From assembly GCF_009914755.1 (NCBI RefSeq), contig NC_060941.1: 64,000 nt of DNA, one strand, 5' to 3'. Below the pieces are notes generated by a model. The model was given only the letters and a program-made list of their open reading frames with translations, was not told where the DNA came from and did no database searches. This document shows, piece after piece, positions 45,458 to 59,139 of the stretch (position 1 is the first letter of the stretch; each line of letters starts with the position of its first letter). Made by a program: the position numbers and the translations under genes. This DNA is from the human T2T-CHM13v2.0 reference genome, Homo sapiens.

Positions 45458-46470
45458 CTGTGGTCTGAATGTTTGCGACCCGCGAAAGCTCCCGTATTGA
45501 AACCCTAACACCCCAAGGTATGAGGAGGCGGGGCCTTTGGGAGGTGATTAGGTCGTATGGGCAAGGTCCTCATAAATGGGATTAGTGTTCTTGTAAAAGG
45601 GGCTTTTCTACCCCTTAAGATTAAGGTGTTATAAAACCCAAAGGGAGGGACTCAAACCACTGTTGCCAAATGATGACTGAGACAGTGTTAGATCTAACTT
45701 GACTGACTCCGTCTTGCTCCTAACCTCCAAGCTGCCCTTGTTCATTCCTGGGCGTAGGCTGAACTAACTTTAGGAGAAACTTAGTTTATAGTTTATAGTT
45801 TAAACAAAGACGGTAACAGCCCTTTCCCAAAGCAGACCTCCTTCTTCCCCGGGGACTCGTCTGCCTTTGTAGGACTAACTTTAGCCCCAAGATTAGAAAT
45901 TATGGTTTAGCAGTCATGCAGCTGGAGGCTACAAGATTCTGACCCTCCCTAGCTGCTCCTAAGATCAGCGCTTGAGATATTTTGGAAACCCTGCACTTGA
46001 TGGATCAGCTGGCACCACCCAGATCAATAAACTGGCTCATCTGATCTTGAGGTCCCCACCCAGGAACTGACCGAGCACAAGAAGACAGCTTTGACTTGCT
46101 GTGATTTCATCTCTGACCAATCAGCACTCCTGGCTCACTGGCTTCCCCCACCCACCACGTTATCCTTAAAAGCTCTGATCCCTGCATGCTCGGGGAGACT
46201 GATTGGAGTAATAATAAAACTCCGGTCTCCCACAAAAAAATAAATAAACAAAAGAGGCTTTTAAGGAAGCCCGTTGGCCCCTCCTGCCATGTGAGGACAC
46301 AGAAAGAAAGCACCATCTATGAACCAGGAAATGGGCCCTGAGCAGACACAGAATCTGCCCACACCTTGATCTTGAACTTCCCAGCTTCCAAACCGTCAGA
46401 AATAAATGTCTGTTGTCTATAAGCCACCCGGATGATGATATTTTCATACAGCAGTCTGAATGGGCTAAGA
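45458..46470 (+). mobile_element. MLT1A/MST-like LTR split by an insertion
   Basis: TGTGGTCTGAATGTTTG..GGGCCTTTGGGAGGTGATTAGGTC..AATGGGATTAGTG, resuming at GCCATGTGAGGACACAG..CACCTTGATCTTG.ACTTCCCAG..GCTAAGA. Confidence 0.8.
45608..46249 (+). mobile_element. Processed LTR8/ERV1 3' end (internal stub, PPT, U3-R, A tail) with 13-bp TSD
   Basis: PPT AAAGGGAGGGA (~45640), LTR8-like start ~45652, AATAAA 46213, A-rich tail from ~46234, TSD AAAAG(G/A)GGCTTTT at 45595-607 and 46250-62. Confidence 0.8.
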
Positions 46471-47879
46471 GATTTCATAGCAAAGAACCATGTCTTGTTT
46501 CTGCTCAGCTCACGTCGGAAGTAGAAGGTCATAACAAGCCAGATGGTGTGAGAAAGGTCTTCATGTCCAGATGGGCATCACTGGACCCCGAGAAGTGGTT
46601 TCTGCAAATGAGGGAAGCCCCCAGCAGGATTGGAAGTGACAGGTAAAGAAAGGTCACTGCAGGAATCAGCTCTCAAAACAGGCGGTGGTGGTGGGGAGGG
46701 GAGGGGCGAACGCTGGGAAAATACAGGCAACTGAGCGGCTGCTTCGAGACCCAGCCTGGACGGATTTGGGGTTAGAGATAGTTTCACATTCATCTGTGAA
46801 CCTCACCCATGGCACCTTCTCCTTAATCAGATGCTCCCCAGACCCTGACATTAACAAGGACATGGGCTGTCAGAATTCAGAGACCGGTTGAAATTGGGCC
46901 ATTTCTTATCACTAATCTGTGTGATTGGATGACATTGAAAAAAGAAACCAGAAGAGAATTCATTTCCTTTTTCATTTTTAAACGAGGCCCCACTTAGAGC
47001 AGAAGAGTTTAGGTGTTGGGCCTTCTTAAGCAAACAGTCCTCAAGGGATGGTCTGCACCAAACACCCCCTCACCTAATCCCTGACACTCTACATCAAGGA
47101 GCAAGAGGAATGAACCTGGTTTCCAAAAATTAAGTCCAGAAAAGAACATGCATTCCTACATCTCACCTTCTAAATTAAGCCAGTGTTCTCCATTAACGTC
47201 CCACTGGGGACTGAGAGAAAATTGTTTCAAAACTGGGAACTAAATTTAAAGTTAGGAAGAAAAAAAAAATAACACTTTACGAGTCCCAAATGTTTGAAGT
47301 AGTTTGTTACAAACTTTCAAGTCAGATCTAAAGTGACTGCCTGTTTGAGAGTTCACATTGTCAGCCCAGGAATCCAACTGTCCAAATGGGGTCATGTACA
47401 AACTCAGGGATTGGTTAAAGGTCAATTACACCCTCAGTTTTAGCAATACAAGGGGTATACTCCACTAAAGTTTTGGTTCTCGTAGTTGGCTGCGCACACT
47501 GTATCCACTGGGGTTGTAAGCAACAGAAATCAAGTCTGCACGACTTAAGCAGAAAGGAATGTACTGGCAGAATACCTTGGGGATACCTCGTAGCTCAGAA
47601 CCAATCAGAAGGCTGAAGACCCTGATGGAAACTGCAACAGTCTAAGGCCTTCAAGTCCCATCACCTTCCACTATGGAAGTAGTGGCTCCAAAATCCTTTC
47701 TCCCCTTGCTTCACTCTGCCAAGTTTCAGATCCTGGAGTGGACAGCCCAGCAAAGTAGCCTGGCGTGGGCCCAGGTCCCATCCCTTGAGCTGGGTGATGA
47801 CTACATGGGGTGTGTCCACCTTGTGAAAATGCAGAATACTTCTGATGCATGCAGTTTTCTGAAGAGATGCTACGCTTCC

Positions 47880-48154
47880 TTTTTTTTTTTTTCCTTTTGA
47901 GACAGGGTTTTGCTCTGTCACCCAAGCTGAAGTGCAGTGGTACAAGGGTCACTGTAGCCTTGACCTCCCACCTCAGCCTCCCAAGTAGCTGGGACTACAT
48001 GTGCATGCTACCACACCTGGCTAATTTTTCTATTTTTTTAGAGATGGGTTTTTGCCATGCTGCCCAGGCTAGTCTCAAACTCCTGGGCTCAAGCAATCCA
48101 CCCACCTCAGCCTCCCAAAGTGCTGGGATTACAGGCGTGAGCCACCATGCCAGG
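47880..48154 (-). mobile_element. Alu (AluJ-like)
   Basis: Poly-T head, reverse Alu consensus. Confidence 0.9.
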
Positions 48155-48169
48155 CACTATGCTTCAATT

Positions 48170-49720
<1,551 letters not shown>

Positions 49721-50086
49721 CTACTGAACTTTAGTTCATGGTAAGCTTACTGAAGCATTTGACTATTTTGTTCAAAAGATGCATTAAGATAGATAAAAAG
49801 CAAGCCACAAACTGAGAGACATATTTGCAGCATAATAGACATCTGATTAGTACCAGTACGCGGACATACGGAGATCTCCTACAAATCAATAATAATCTAA
49901 AAGGGAAAAAATGGGTAAAGAAAAGTGCAGTGTGCAGATGAGCTAATACTTCAAGTCAGTTAGGGAAAGAGAAGGATACCTCAAATCTAGTAACACCAGT
50001 TCCTGGACCCGAAAGGCTGAGGGATAAAGGAGGAGGAAGACTCTCACCATTTGCCTTTTTACACCTTTAGAATTTTAAATGACATG

Positions 50087-50399
50087 ATTTTTTTTTTTTT
50101 TTTGAGACAGAGTCTCGCTCTGTTGCCAATGCTGGGGAGCAGTGGTGCAATCTTGCTCACTGAAACCTCTGCCTCCCAGGCTCAAGCAATTCTCTTGCCT
50201 CAGCCTCCAGAGTATCTGGGATGACAGGTGCCAGCCACCACACCCAGCTAATTTTTGTATTTTTAGTAGAGATGGGGTTTAGTAGAGATGGGGATGACCA
50301 TGTTGGCCAGGCTGGTATTGGACTCCTGACCTCAGGTGATCCACCCGCCTCGGCCTCCCAAAGTGCTGGGATGACAAGCGTAAGCCACTGCACCCGGCC
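50087..50399 (-). mobile_element. Alu (AluS-like)
   Basis: Reverse dimeric Alu with a small internal duplication of TTTAGTAGAGATGGGG. Confidence 0.92.
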
Positions 50400-50742
50400 C
50401 CTTAAATGACATGCTCATAATGTATCTTCCAAAAATAAATTAAATTTAAGTTTAAAATACAGCTTGTGGGCAAAGAAAGTGAACTGAAATAATAGGTCAA
50501 CAATTTGGAAAGAAAGAAAATCGAGGTCTTCCCTTCCATCACAAAACAAAATAAATTTTGATTGGATTAGCATTGAAAGTCAAAGAGAGCTGAATGGAAA
50601 GGCTGAAACCAAAAAAGAACCTGAAGAAAATATAGAACTGAACATTTATCTGAACTTGGGGTGAGGAAGACGTTTCAAACCCCAAAACAGAGGGTTTTTG
50701 AAAAATCATAAGATGAAAAGACTGATGGACTTAATGAAATGC

Positions 50743-51470
50743 ATTAGTCAGTTCAGGCTGCCATGAAATATGCAGACAGGGCGGCTTACACAGCTGGCAT
50801 TTCTTCTCACAGTCCTGGAGGCTGGGGAGTCCAAGATCAAGGTGCCAGCTGGCTCTGATTATGGCGAGGCCTCTCCTCCTGGCTTGTGGACATGGTGAGG
50901 GCCCAGGGGAAGGGAGAGACAGAGACAGAGAGAGTGGGGAGAAGAGGGGGAGAGAGAGAGCAAGAGAGAGAGAGAAGGAGAGAGAAAGAGAGAGGGAGAG
51001 AGAGATTGAGAAAAGGAGAGAGAGACAGAGATTGAGAAAGAGAAAGAGAGATTGACAAAGGGAGAGAGAGGCGAGGCGCAGTGTCTCGTGCCTGTAATCC
51101 TAGCACTTTGGGAGGCCGAGGTGGGAGGGTTGCCTGAGCCCAGGAGATGGAGACCAGCCTGGGCAACACAGCAAAACCCCATCTCTGTTATAAAACATTT
51201 TTTTTCAGTTTAAAAAGAGAGAGAGAGAGAGAGATTGACAAAGAGAGAGGTTGAGAAAGAGAGAGTGGGGAGAGGGGAGGGGGATGGGGAAGGGGAGGGA
51301 GAGCGCTCTCCAGCATCTGTGTTTATACGGACACTAACGTATTGCATCAGGGCCCCACCTTTCTGACCTCATTTAACCTTAATTACTTCCTGACTCCACA
51401 CACAGCTGCACTAGGGGTGAACGCCACAACCCAGGAATACTGGGGAACACAAACGTTCAGTCTGTATTAC
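50743..51470 (-). mobile_element. MLT1A-like LTR containing a (GA)n tract and an Alu monomer (~51070-51200)
   Basis: ATTTCTTCTCACAGTCCTGGAGGCTGGG.AGTCCAAGATCAAGGTG..GACCTCATTTAACCTTAATTAC. Confidence 0.75.
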
Positions 51471-52210
51471 CACATAAACATTTAAACCTTCTCTATGTTT
51501 AAAAATAATCGTAATACTTGGTATGCAACAAGATCTTTAAAAAGAGAAAAATAACCAAAGAAAAATGCCAAAAGGAGGGGAAAAATGTTTGTTACATATG
51601 TCAGTCAATATAGAGAAATCAACGCAGGTTACCAAATCATGTCTACAGTATCATCTCCATTTTTAAGCAGTAAACACTGGCTATCTCTGGAGGTTGGGAA
51701 TCACGGATTTTTATTTTCCTCTTTGTGCTTTCTGCATTTTCTAAATTTTCCACAATGAACATGAATTACTTTTATAATTTAAAAAAAAAGACTTTTTTTT
51801 TAAAGAACTCTTATGTGAAAGTCAAGCAACATCCAGGCGGACAGTCCAGTTCTGCACAGACTTTAGGGGATGGCTGGTGAGCCTGGCAGAGCGTGAGCAA
51901 GGAGCCGGCACCACAGACCCGGGAGGCCATGGGCTGTATTACCCTATAGACAACAGGAAACCCTGGAGGTGCCCAGAGGAGGAGGGCACAAGAGGGAACG
52001 TAAACCAATGAAACTCTTGCCCCATGGAAAAGGGAAGGTGTAGGCTCCAGAGGGACAACAAAGGCAGATTTCAGCTCAAAAGAGGGAAGAATTTCCACCT
52101 TCTGAGCTGCCCCTGAATGCAAAGCATTATGCAGTGAAGCTCTCTGTCTCAGTCCACCTAGGACTCAGGGACCAATGGAGCAAAGAATCTCCACTCAGGA
52201 AGGGGTTTAG

Positions 52211-52672
<462 letters not shown>

Positions 52673-54011
52673 TAGGGTAGATCCTGAGAAGTAGAATCAC
52701 TGAATCACTATGTCACAGGGCAGCTGCATTTATTTTAACAGTTCTCACCAAACTGCATCCACCATGATGTTCCTTTCCAAGCCTCGGATCCCAGAGATTT
52801 ACAGACCCCATCTCTATGATATGTCTCCTTGTCGGCTTCAGCCAGGCATTCATACCTCCCTGGGATACTCCAGGCCTCAGTGCAGCTCTGTGGCTCCTCC
52901 TTACTATGAAAACCATCACCCACCCCGAGACAGGCTGCCGACATCATCGGCAGCCTTGGAGCACAGCCCAAATGGTCGCCCATCCGGCTACTGGTGGAGA
53001 AGACTCTTGGATGAGGAAGGCAGGCCTCCTAACTCTGAGATGCTGCACCTCTGTCAGTCAGGGGGTACTCCATCACTCCATCCATGAGTGAGAAGGAGGG
53101 GCTGGGCAAGAGGAGACTAAATCCTGGAGTCACTCAACGGCTTGGATGGGCCAGAACCAAAGATGAAAATGCACCAACATGTAAATTTAGCCATGAGCAC
53201 AGCTGGGTGATGGAGACAGGACCGGATCGTCAGTATCCAACACGCAACTGATTAAGTGTCCATGGTAAAATAAGTGCTCTTACACGAGGTGCTAACGACG
53301 TAATTGCGGTCTTACATAAGGTGCTCTGGTATTTTCAGCAGCAGATAACTGCCATGTGAATGGAGAAGCCGCCCTCCCAATGAATGCTGCTTACTGTACA
53401 CGCTGGCACAGGCCTTGAAATGCCAGTGCTTTGCAGGCAGCCAGCTGCTGTCAGAGGGGTGAGGATGTCTGTGCCCGGGGCTGCAGCTCCGCTCGTGTTC
53501 TGCAATTTCTACAGGCTGGCCGGACTCCCCACAGCCAGCTGGGGGTACACACATCACCGTGCTTACACCCCCAAGCATCCCAAAAGCAAGGAAAAGGGCC
53601 ACTTCAGGGGCTCTCCCAACCCAAGCAGCCACCTTGTAGCTAAGAGAGCTCTCCCCAGACCCAGCAGGGTGGAGGTAGACAGGAAGAAACCAGAGCCAGC
53701 CCGGGCTCAGCTGCCTCGTTCCCAGAGCTGACCCCTCCGGAGCCTAGGTGCTCACCCTCATGTCACCTCCCACCTGTCACGAGAAACCCAAGGCTGCAGG
53801 TACAGTGAAGTCAAAGTGGCCTCTTGGAATGGTGTGTCTGTATTCACGTCCCGGGTTTAGGATCCCTGCAGCCTTTTTTCCTGTTTCGCTCCATTGTATT
53901 AAGTCTAACACATACACAGAGGAGTACACACATGGAACGGGTAAGCGTTGGCATTGATGGAAGGAACGCAGCCCTCTGACTGACACCCCATTAAAGGAAC
54001 CAGGCAGTACC

Positions 54012-55772
54012 AGCCTCCCGGAAGCCCTTCTCATCCCTCCCGGAAGCCCTCCTCATGCTTCCCGGAAGCCCTCCTCATCCCTCCCGGAAGCCCTCCTCAT
54101 GCTTCCCGGAAGCCCTCCTCATCCCTCCCGGAAGCCCTCCTCATCCCTCCCGGAAGCCCTCCTCATCCCTCCCAGAAGCCGTCCTCATCCCTCCCGGAAG
54201 CCCCCCTCATGCTTCCCGGAAGCCCCCCTCATCCCTCCCGGAAGCCCTCCTCATCCCTCCCAGAAGCCGTCCTCATCCCTCCCGGAAGCCCCCCTCATCC
54301 CTCCCGGAAGCCCTCCTCATCCCTCCCGGAAGCCCTCATCCCTCCTGGAAGCCCTCCTCATGCTTCCCGGATGCCCTCCACATCCCTCCCGGAAGCCCTC
54401 CACATCCCTCCCGGAAGCCGTCCTCATCCCTCCCGGAAGCCCCCCTCATGCTTCCCGGAAGCCCCCCCTCATCCCTCCCGGAAGCCCTCCTCATCCCTCC
54501 CGGAAGCCGTCCTCATCCCTCCCGGAAGCCGTCCTCATCCCTCCCGGAAGCCCTCCTCATCCCTCCCGGAAGCCCTCCTCATCCCTCCCGGAAGCCCTCC
54601 TCATGCTTCCCGGAAGCCCTCCTCATCCCTCCCGGAAGCCCTCCTCATCCCTCCCGGAAGCCCTCCTCATGCTTCCCGGAAGCCCTCCTCATCCCTCCCG
54701 GAAGCCCTCCTCATCCCTCCCGGAAGCCCTCCTCATCCCTCCCGGAAGCCGTCCTCATCCCTCCAGGAAGCCGTCCTCATCCCTCCCGGAAGCCCTCCTC
54801 ATCCCTCCCGGAAGCCCTCCTCATCCCTCCCGGAAGCCCTCCTCATCCCTCCCGGAAGCCCTCCTCATCCCTCCCGGAAACCCACCTCATCCCTCCCGGA
54901 AGCCCCCCTCATGCCTCCCGGAAGCCCCCCACATCCCTCCCGGAAGCCCTCCTCATCCCTCCCGGAAGCCCTCCTCATGCCTCCCGGAAGCCCCCCCCCA
55001 CATCCCTCCCGGAAGCCCTCCTCATGCTTCCCGGAAGCCCTCCTCATCCCTCCCGGAAGTCCTCATCCCTCCCGGAAGCCCTCCTCATGCTTCCCGGATG
55101 CCCTCCACATCCCTCCCGGAAGCCCTCCACATCCCTCCCGGAAGCCGTCCTCATCCCTCCCGGAAGCCCTCCTCATCCCTCCCGGAAGCCCTCCTCATCC
55201 CTCCCGGAAGCCCTCCTCATCCCTCCCGGAAGCCCACCTCATCCCTCCCGGAAGCCCACCTCATCCCTCCCGGAAGCCCCCCTCATCCCTCCCGGAAGCC
55301 CCCCTCATGCCTCCCGGAAGCCGTCCTCATCCCTCCCGGAAGCCCTCCTCATCCCTCCCGGAAGCCCTCCTCATGCCTCCCGGAAGCCCCCCACATCCCT
55401 CCCAGAAGCCCTCCTCATCCCTCCCGGAAGCCCCCCCCCCCCACATCCCTCCCGGAAGCCCTCCTCATGCTTCCCGGAAGCCCTCCTCATCCCTCCCGGA
55501 AGCCCCCCTCATGCCTCCCGGAAGCCCCCCACATCCCTCCCGGAAGCCCTCCTCATCCCTCCCGGAAGCCCCCCACATCCCTCCCAGAAGCCCTGCTCAT
55601 CCCTCCCGGAAGCCCCCCCCCCCCACATCCCTCCCGGAAGCCCTCCTCATGCTTCCCGGAAGCCCTCCTCATCCCTCCCGGAAGCCCTCCTCATCCCTCC
55701 CGGAAGCCGTCCTCATGCCTCCCGGAAGCCCTCCTCATCGCTCCCAGAAGCCCTCCTCATACCTCCCGGAAA
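54012..55772. repeat. 22-bp VNTR, ~80 copies, inside a minus-strand L1ME-like 3' UTR (~53880-56080)
   Basis: Unit CCCTCCCGGAAGCCCTCCTCAT; right flank continues GTGATTCATCCA..GGCTATTACAAATAGTGCTGCTATGAACATT. Confidence 0.97.
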
Positions 55773-57007
55773 CCACGACCCCCACTTCCAACACCGTCCG
55801 TGCATTTGGCCCTTTTGGCACTTTATAGACGTGGAATCAGGCAGGACATGCTCCTTTCTGTCTCGTTCCTTTTACTCGACATTGTGTTTGTGTGATTCAT
55901 CCACGTATGCTGTGTGGTCAGATTGTTCCTTCTCACCACAGTGGGGTGCTCCATTGTCTGCCTTCACCCCAGTTTATGTGTCCATTCTACTGCTGATAAA
56001 CATTGTAGGATTTCCCTGGGGGGTGGATTTGGCTATTACAAATAGTGCTGCTATGAACATTCTAGTATATGCCTTTTCACTGCAACCCATCCTAAAATAT
56101 ACATCATTGAAAACTACTGCTTTAAGCCTCAAATCTTGGGAAAGCCAATGTGCCCCACCTCTCCAATTTACCCTTTCATTCTTTAAACATGGTCCTTCCA
56201 CTGTCTACAGAGCACCATGTAAAGGGTATTGGCCATCTCCTTGAAGTCTGGGTAATAAAAAGATGAAAAAAAAATTTTTTAAAGACTATTGGCCAAAGGA
56301 GTCAGACTTTCTAGGACTAAAGTTCCCTCCTTGCTGTGTGTCTTTGGACAAACACTCAACCTCTCTGTGCATCAGTTTTCTTACCTGTAACATGGGAATA
56401 GTACTCTAACATCATTTGGCTGAGGTTTAAACAAGGGAGCAGCATCTGCACAAGGTGAGCACTCATCAGTGTTCATAGCAATGATTCCTGCTGAAGGTAT
56501 CCTGTCTTTCTCAACACCCCTGCAGTACCCTGCTCTGGGCGTCCCCTGCCCGGATATCTGTGAGCAACGTCCTCAAAGAAAAGGAGATCGCAACTGAGGA
56601 CAAGCAACTCTACCATCTCCAGCTAGAGCTGAGCTCCACCAGCAAGCCCTCCCTTCCACGCCAGATCACTCCTGTCCCTCAGCCTCTCCAGGCATCAGAG
56701 ATGTGTGGCGGCCGCAGCTACTGTCCTTTCATGCATGAGGCACTGGATGTCACTCAAAATGGGACCTCGACCACAGTGACTTTGCTGGGGTCATTATTAA
56801 TGGTGTGCCAGCGGCCTGATGACAACCTGCTGGGGCACCCAAAGTACCCAAAAATCACTGCCTGGGAAAAAAATGTTTTTAAATGTTGATGCAAAAGAAG
56901 AGTGAACTGGAGTATTTTGTTTTTTTAGATGACAAAGACGGAAGAAATCCCCTCAAAGCATACAGTGCAAGAGGCCCAGGAGCAGGAGATTCCAGCCTTG
57001 CAAGACC

Positions 57008-57023
57008 GGTTGCCATGGTAACC
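57008..57023. promoter_or_regulatory. RFX X-box
   Basis: GGTTGCCATGGTAACC, one mismatch from the palindromic consensus GTTGCCATGGCAAC. Confidence 0.6.
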
Positions 57024-57519
57024 GTGTTTCACAGCAGGAGTTCGTTTTCATATGACAGTGACCTGCACAGAGAAGGGAAGGACGGAAGGACGTCTCCTAA
57101 AGAAACTTAGTTGAAGGCTTTCCCATTTGGGGTGAGGGGAGTTAGTTTTGTTTACAAAAAAAGGGCATTTTAAGGTGCCTTAAGAGGCAGAAATGATCCC
57201 AGGGCCCTTGCAAGGTTCTCTCTATTCACAACTCTTACTTAAGGCAAGACAGAAAAACACGGCCTGTTTCCAAGGCCTCCTGGGGCTGATGTCATAGCCT
57301 CCCTGGATCACTGGTCCCATCATTAACCATCTGTTTGTTACAAAGTCCTTTCCTGGAGTCCAGCAGAGTCCCAAGCAAGCAAGCAACCAACCGAGCCACC
57401 AGGAAGTCCTGCACACCTGGGCCAGGGGCTGAGAAGACATGGAAATGTAACACACACTCCCTGGACTGAAAAACACGCCTTCCTGGACAAACGGCAAATC
57501 CTAGCATCTAAAAACAGCC

Positions 57520-58600
57520 TTAGGAGTCAGACAGACTTGAGTTCCAGCCTCCACCTTGGCCACCTATATGCTGTGTGATTTAGGAAGGTCTCTGGCCCTC
57601 TCTGTGTCCTTATGAACAGAATGAGGACAATAATCCTAATGCTTACCCCTCTGGATGTTTCTAAGATAAAGGAAAACGAGGGACTACCTGGAATGATTAG
57701 CACACTGCCCGGCACGGGACAACCCACTCAACAAACAGCTGCAATGATTAAGAGCTGGAAAAGTATATCTCGCACTCATGATACAGTGGGAGGCTAATAG
57801 CAGAGAACAAAATACTAAACCGTGTGGGACAACCTGCAACGGATCCATCAACAAGCCCAGCAGGAACGCAGATGGACTGGACGAACGGAACCGTCCAGGA
57901 GGGAGGTGGTGCTTGAACTGAACTCTCAATTGTATTAAGGATGCTGGGGAGGTGTTCTTGGAGGCCTGAGGGTGGGAATGCCTCCATTGAGTGCTTGCAG
58001 GGCGCCCAGTCCTGGAGAGCCAGAGAGAAGGGGAACAAGCTTCCCGCTGCCATCAGGGACAGAAGGGGATGTGAGATCAGCCGACAGCTGCAGCTGGTGG
58101 CCTGAGGGCATCGTGGAGTGGGAAGGGTCCCCAGTGCAGCCAGGGAGGTGAGCAAAGCCAGGGAAGGGTCCCCGGTGCAGCCAGGGAGGTGAGCAAAGCT
58201 TTTCCAAGGAAACTGCACCTGAGCCAAGTCCCAGAGGGTAGGGGCGAGAGGGCCCAACCAGGGGCAGGAGGCAAGAAGCTTCAGGATTGGAAATTAGTTT
58301 GAGAGAATGAGGCCACGTGACTGAGGGCCTTCAAATGCAGGCAGGGGAGCTGAGCTTTGCCCAGGAGGACATATGGAGCCTCTGAAGATATCTCGGTGGG
58401 GCGGGGGTCGGTGACAGGGTGAAACGAACCATCATTCTAGAAGGGACATGCCGGATGGATTGCCACATGGGGCTGGAGGGGGTTCCCACAGGAGAGAGAA
58501 CAGCTAAGAGGCCTCTGTACTCTGGACTGAGATGTTCAAGGCCTGTAGGAATCCATCACAAAGGAGAGGGGAGAGGCAGACACATTTTGGAGACCAGTGT
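57520..58600. mobile_element. MIR (~57520-57740) and degenerate L2 fragments; another MIR at ~56300-56470
   Basis: GGAGTCAGACAGACTTGAGTTC..GCTGTGTGATTTAGG.AAG; AACCTCTCTGTGCATCAGTTTTCTTACCTGTAA.ATGGG. Confidence 0.65.
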
Positions 58601-59139
58601 AAATGACAGAGAATGAGGGAAACCCACCAGCGGGAAGTGAGTGAGGGCAGCTGCCTGGGAGGAGACCAGTCGGGTGCGCTGAGTTTGCGGTGACACCGTG
58701 GCACCCAGAGAGCAAGACAGGGTGGGCTGGAAGTCAGAGGGGGCATTCCCAGAGGACTCCTGGAGCCAGCCCCGTGAGAAGTACAACACAGGGCCTGGGA
58801 AAACAGTCCCAGGAAAGAGGGAAAAAGGCTCAGCAAAGGAGAAGGAACCAGGAGAGAGGCATGCCCAGAAGTGACGGCGGGGAGGCTGCAAGCTGGACAC
58901 CAGCGCGCAGGGGTCCGCTTCCCGGGGAGAGCGACCGAGGCACCACAGAAGAGGCGTGTTTGGAAACAAAACGACTTTTGGGTTTAGAAGTTTCAGCAAA
59001 GTGGCCACCAGCAGCCAGGCTGCAGAGGATGGAGGGGGGCGGCTGGCGGGGAGGGGGCGGCTGGAGGGGAGGGGGCAGCAGGTGCCGAGCTCTTGTGGGA
59101 AAACGTGACAGAGAAAAGAGGAAACAAGCTGACGGCTCC

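Noticed and set aside
54055-56244. 729, 598 and 539-aa Pro/Ser-rich ORFs
   Set aside because: All three frames cycle through the same 22-bp unit; the tail is antisense L1.
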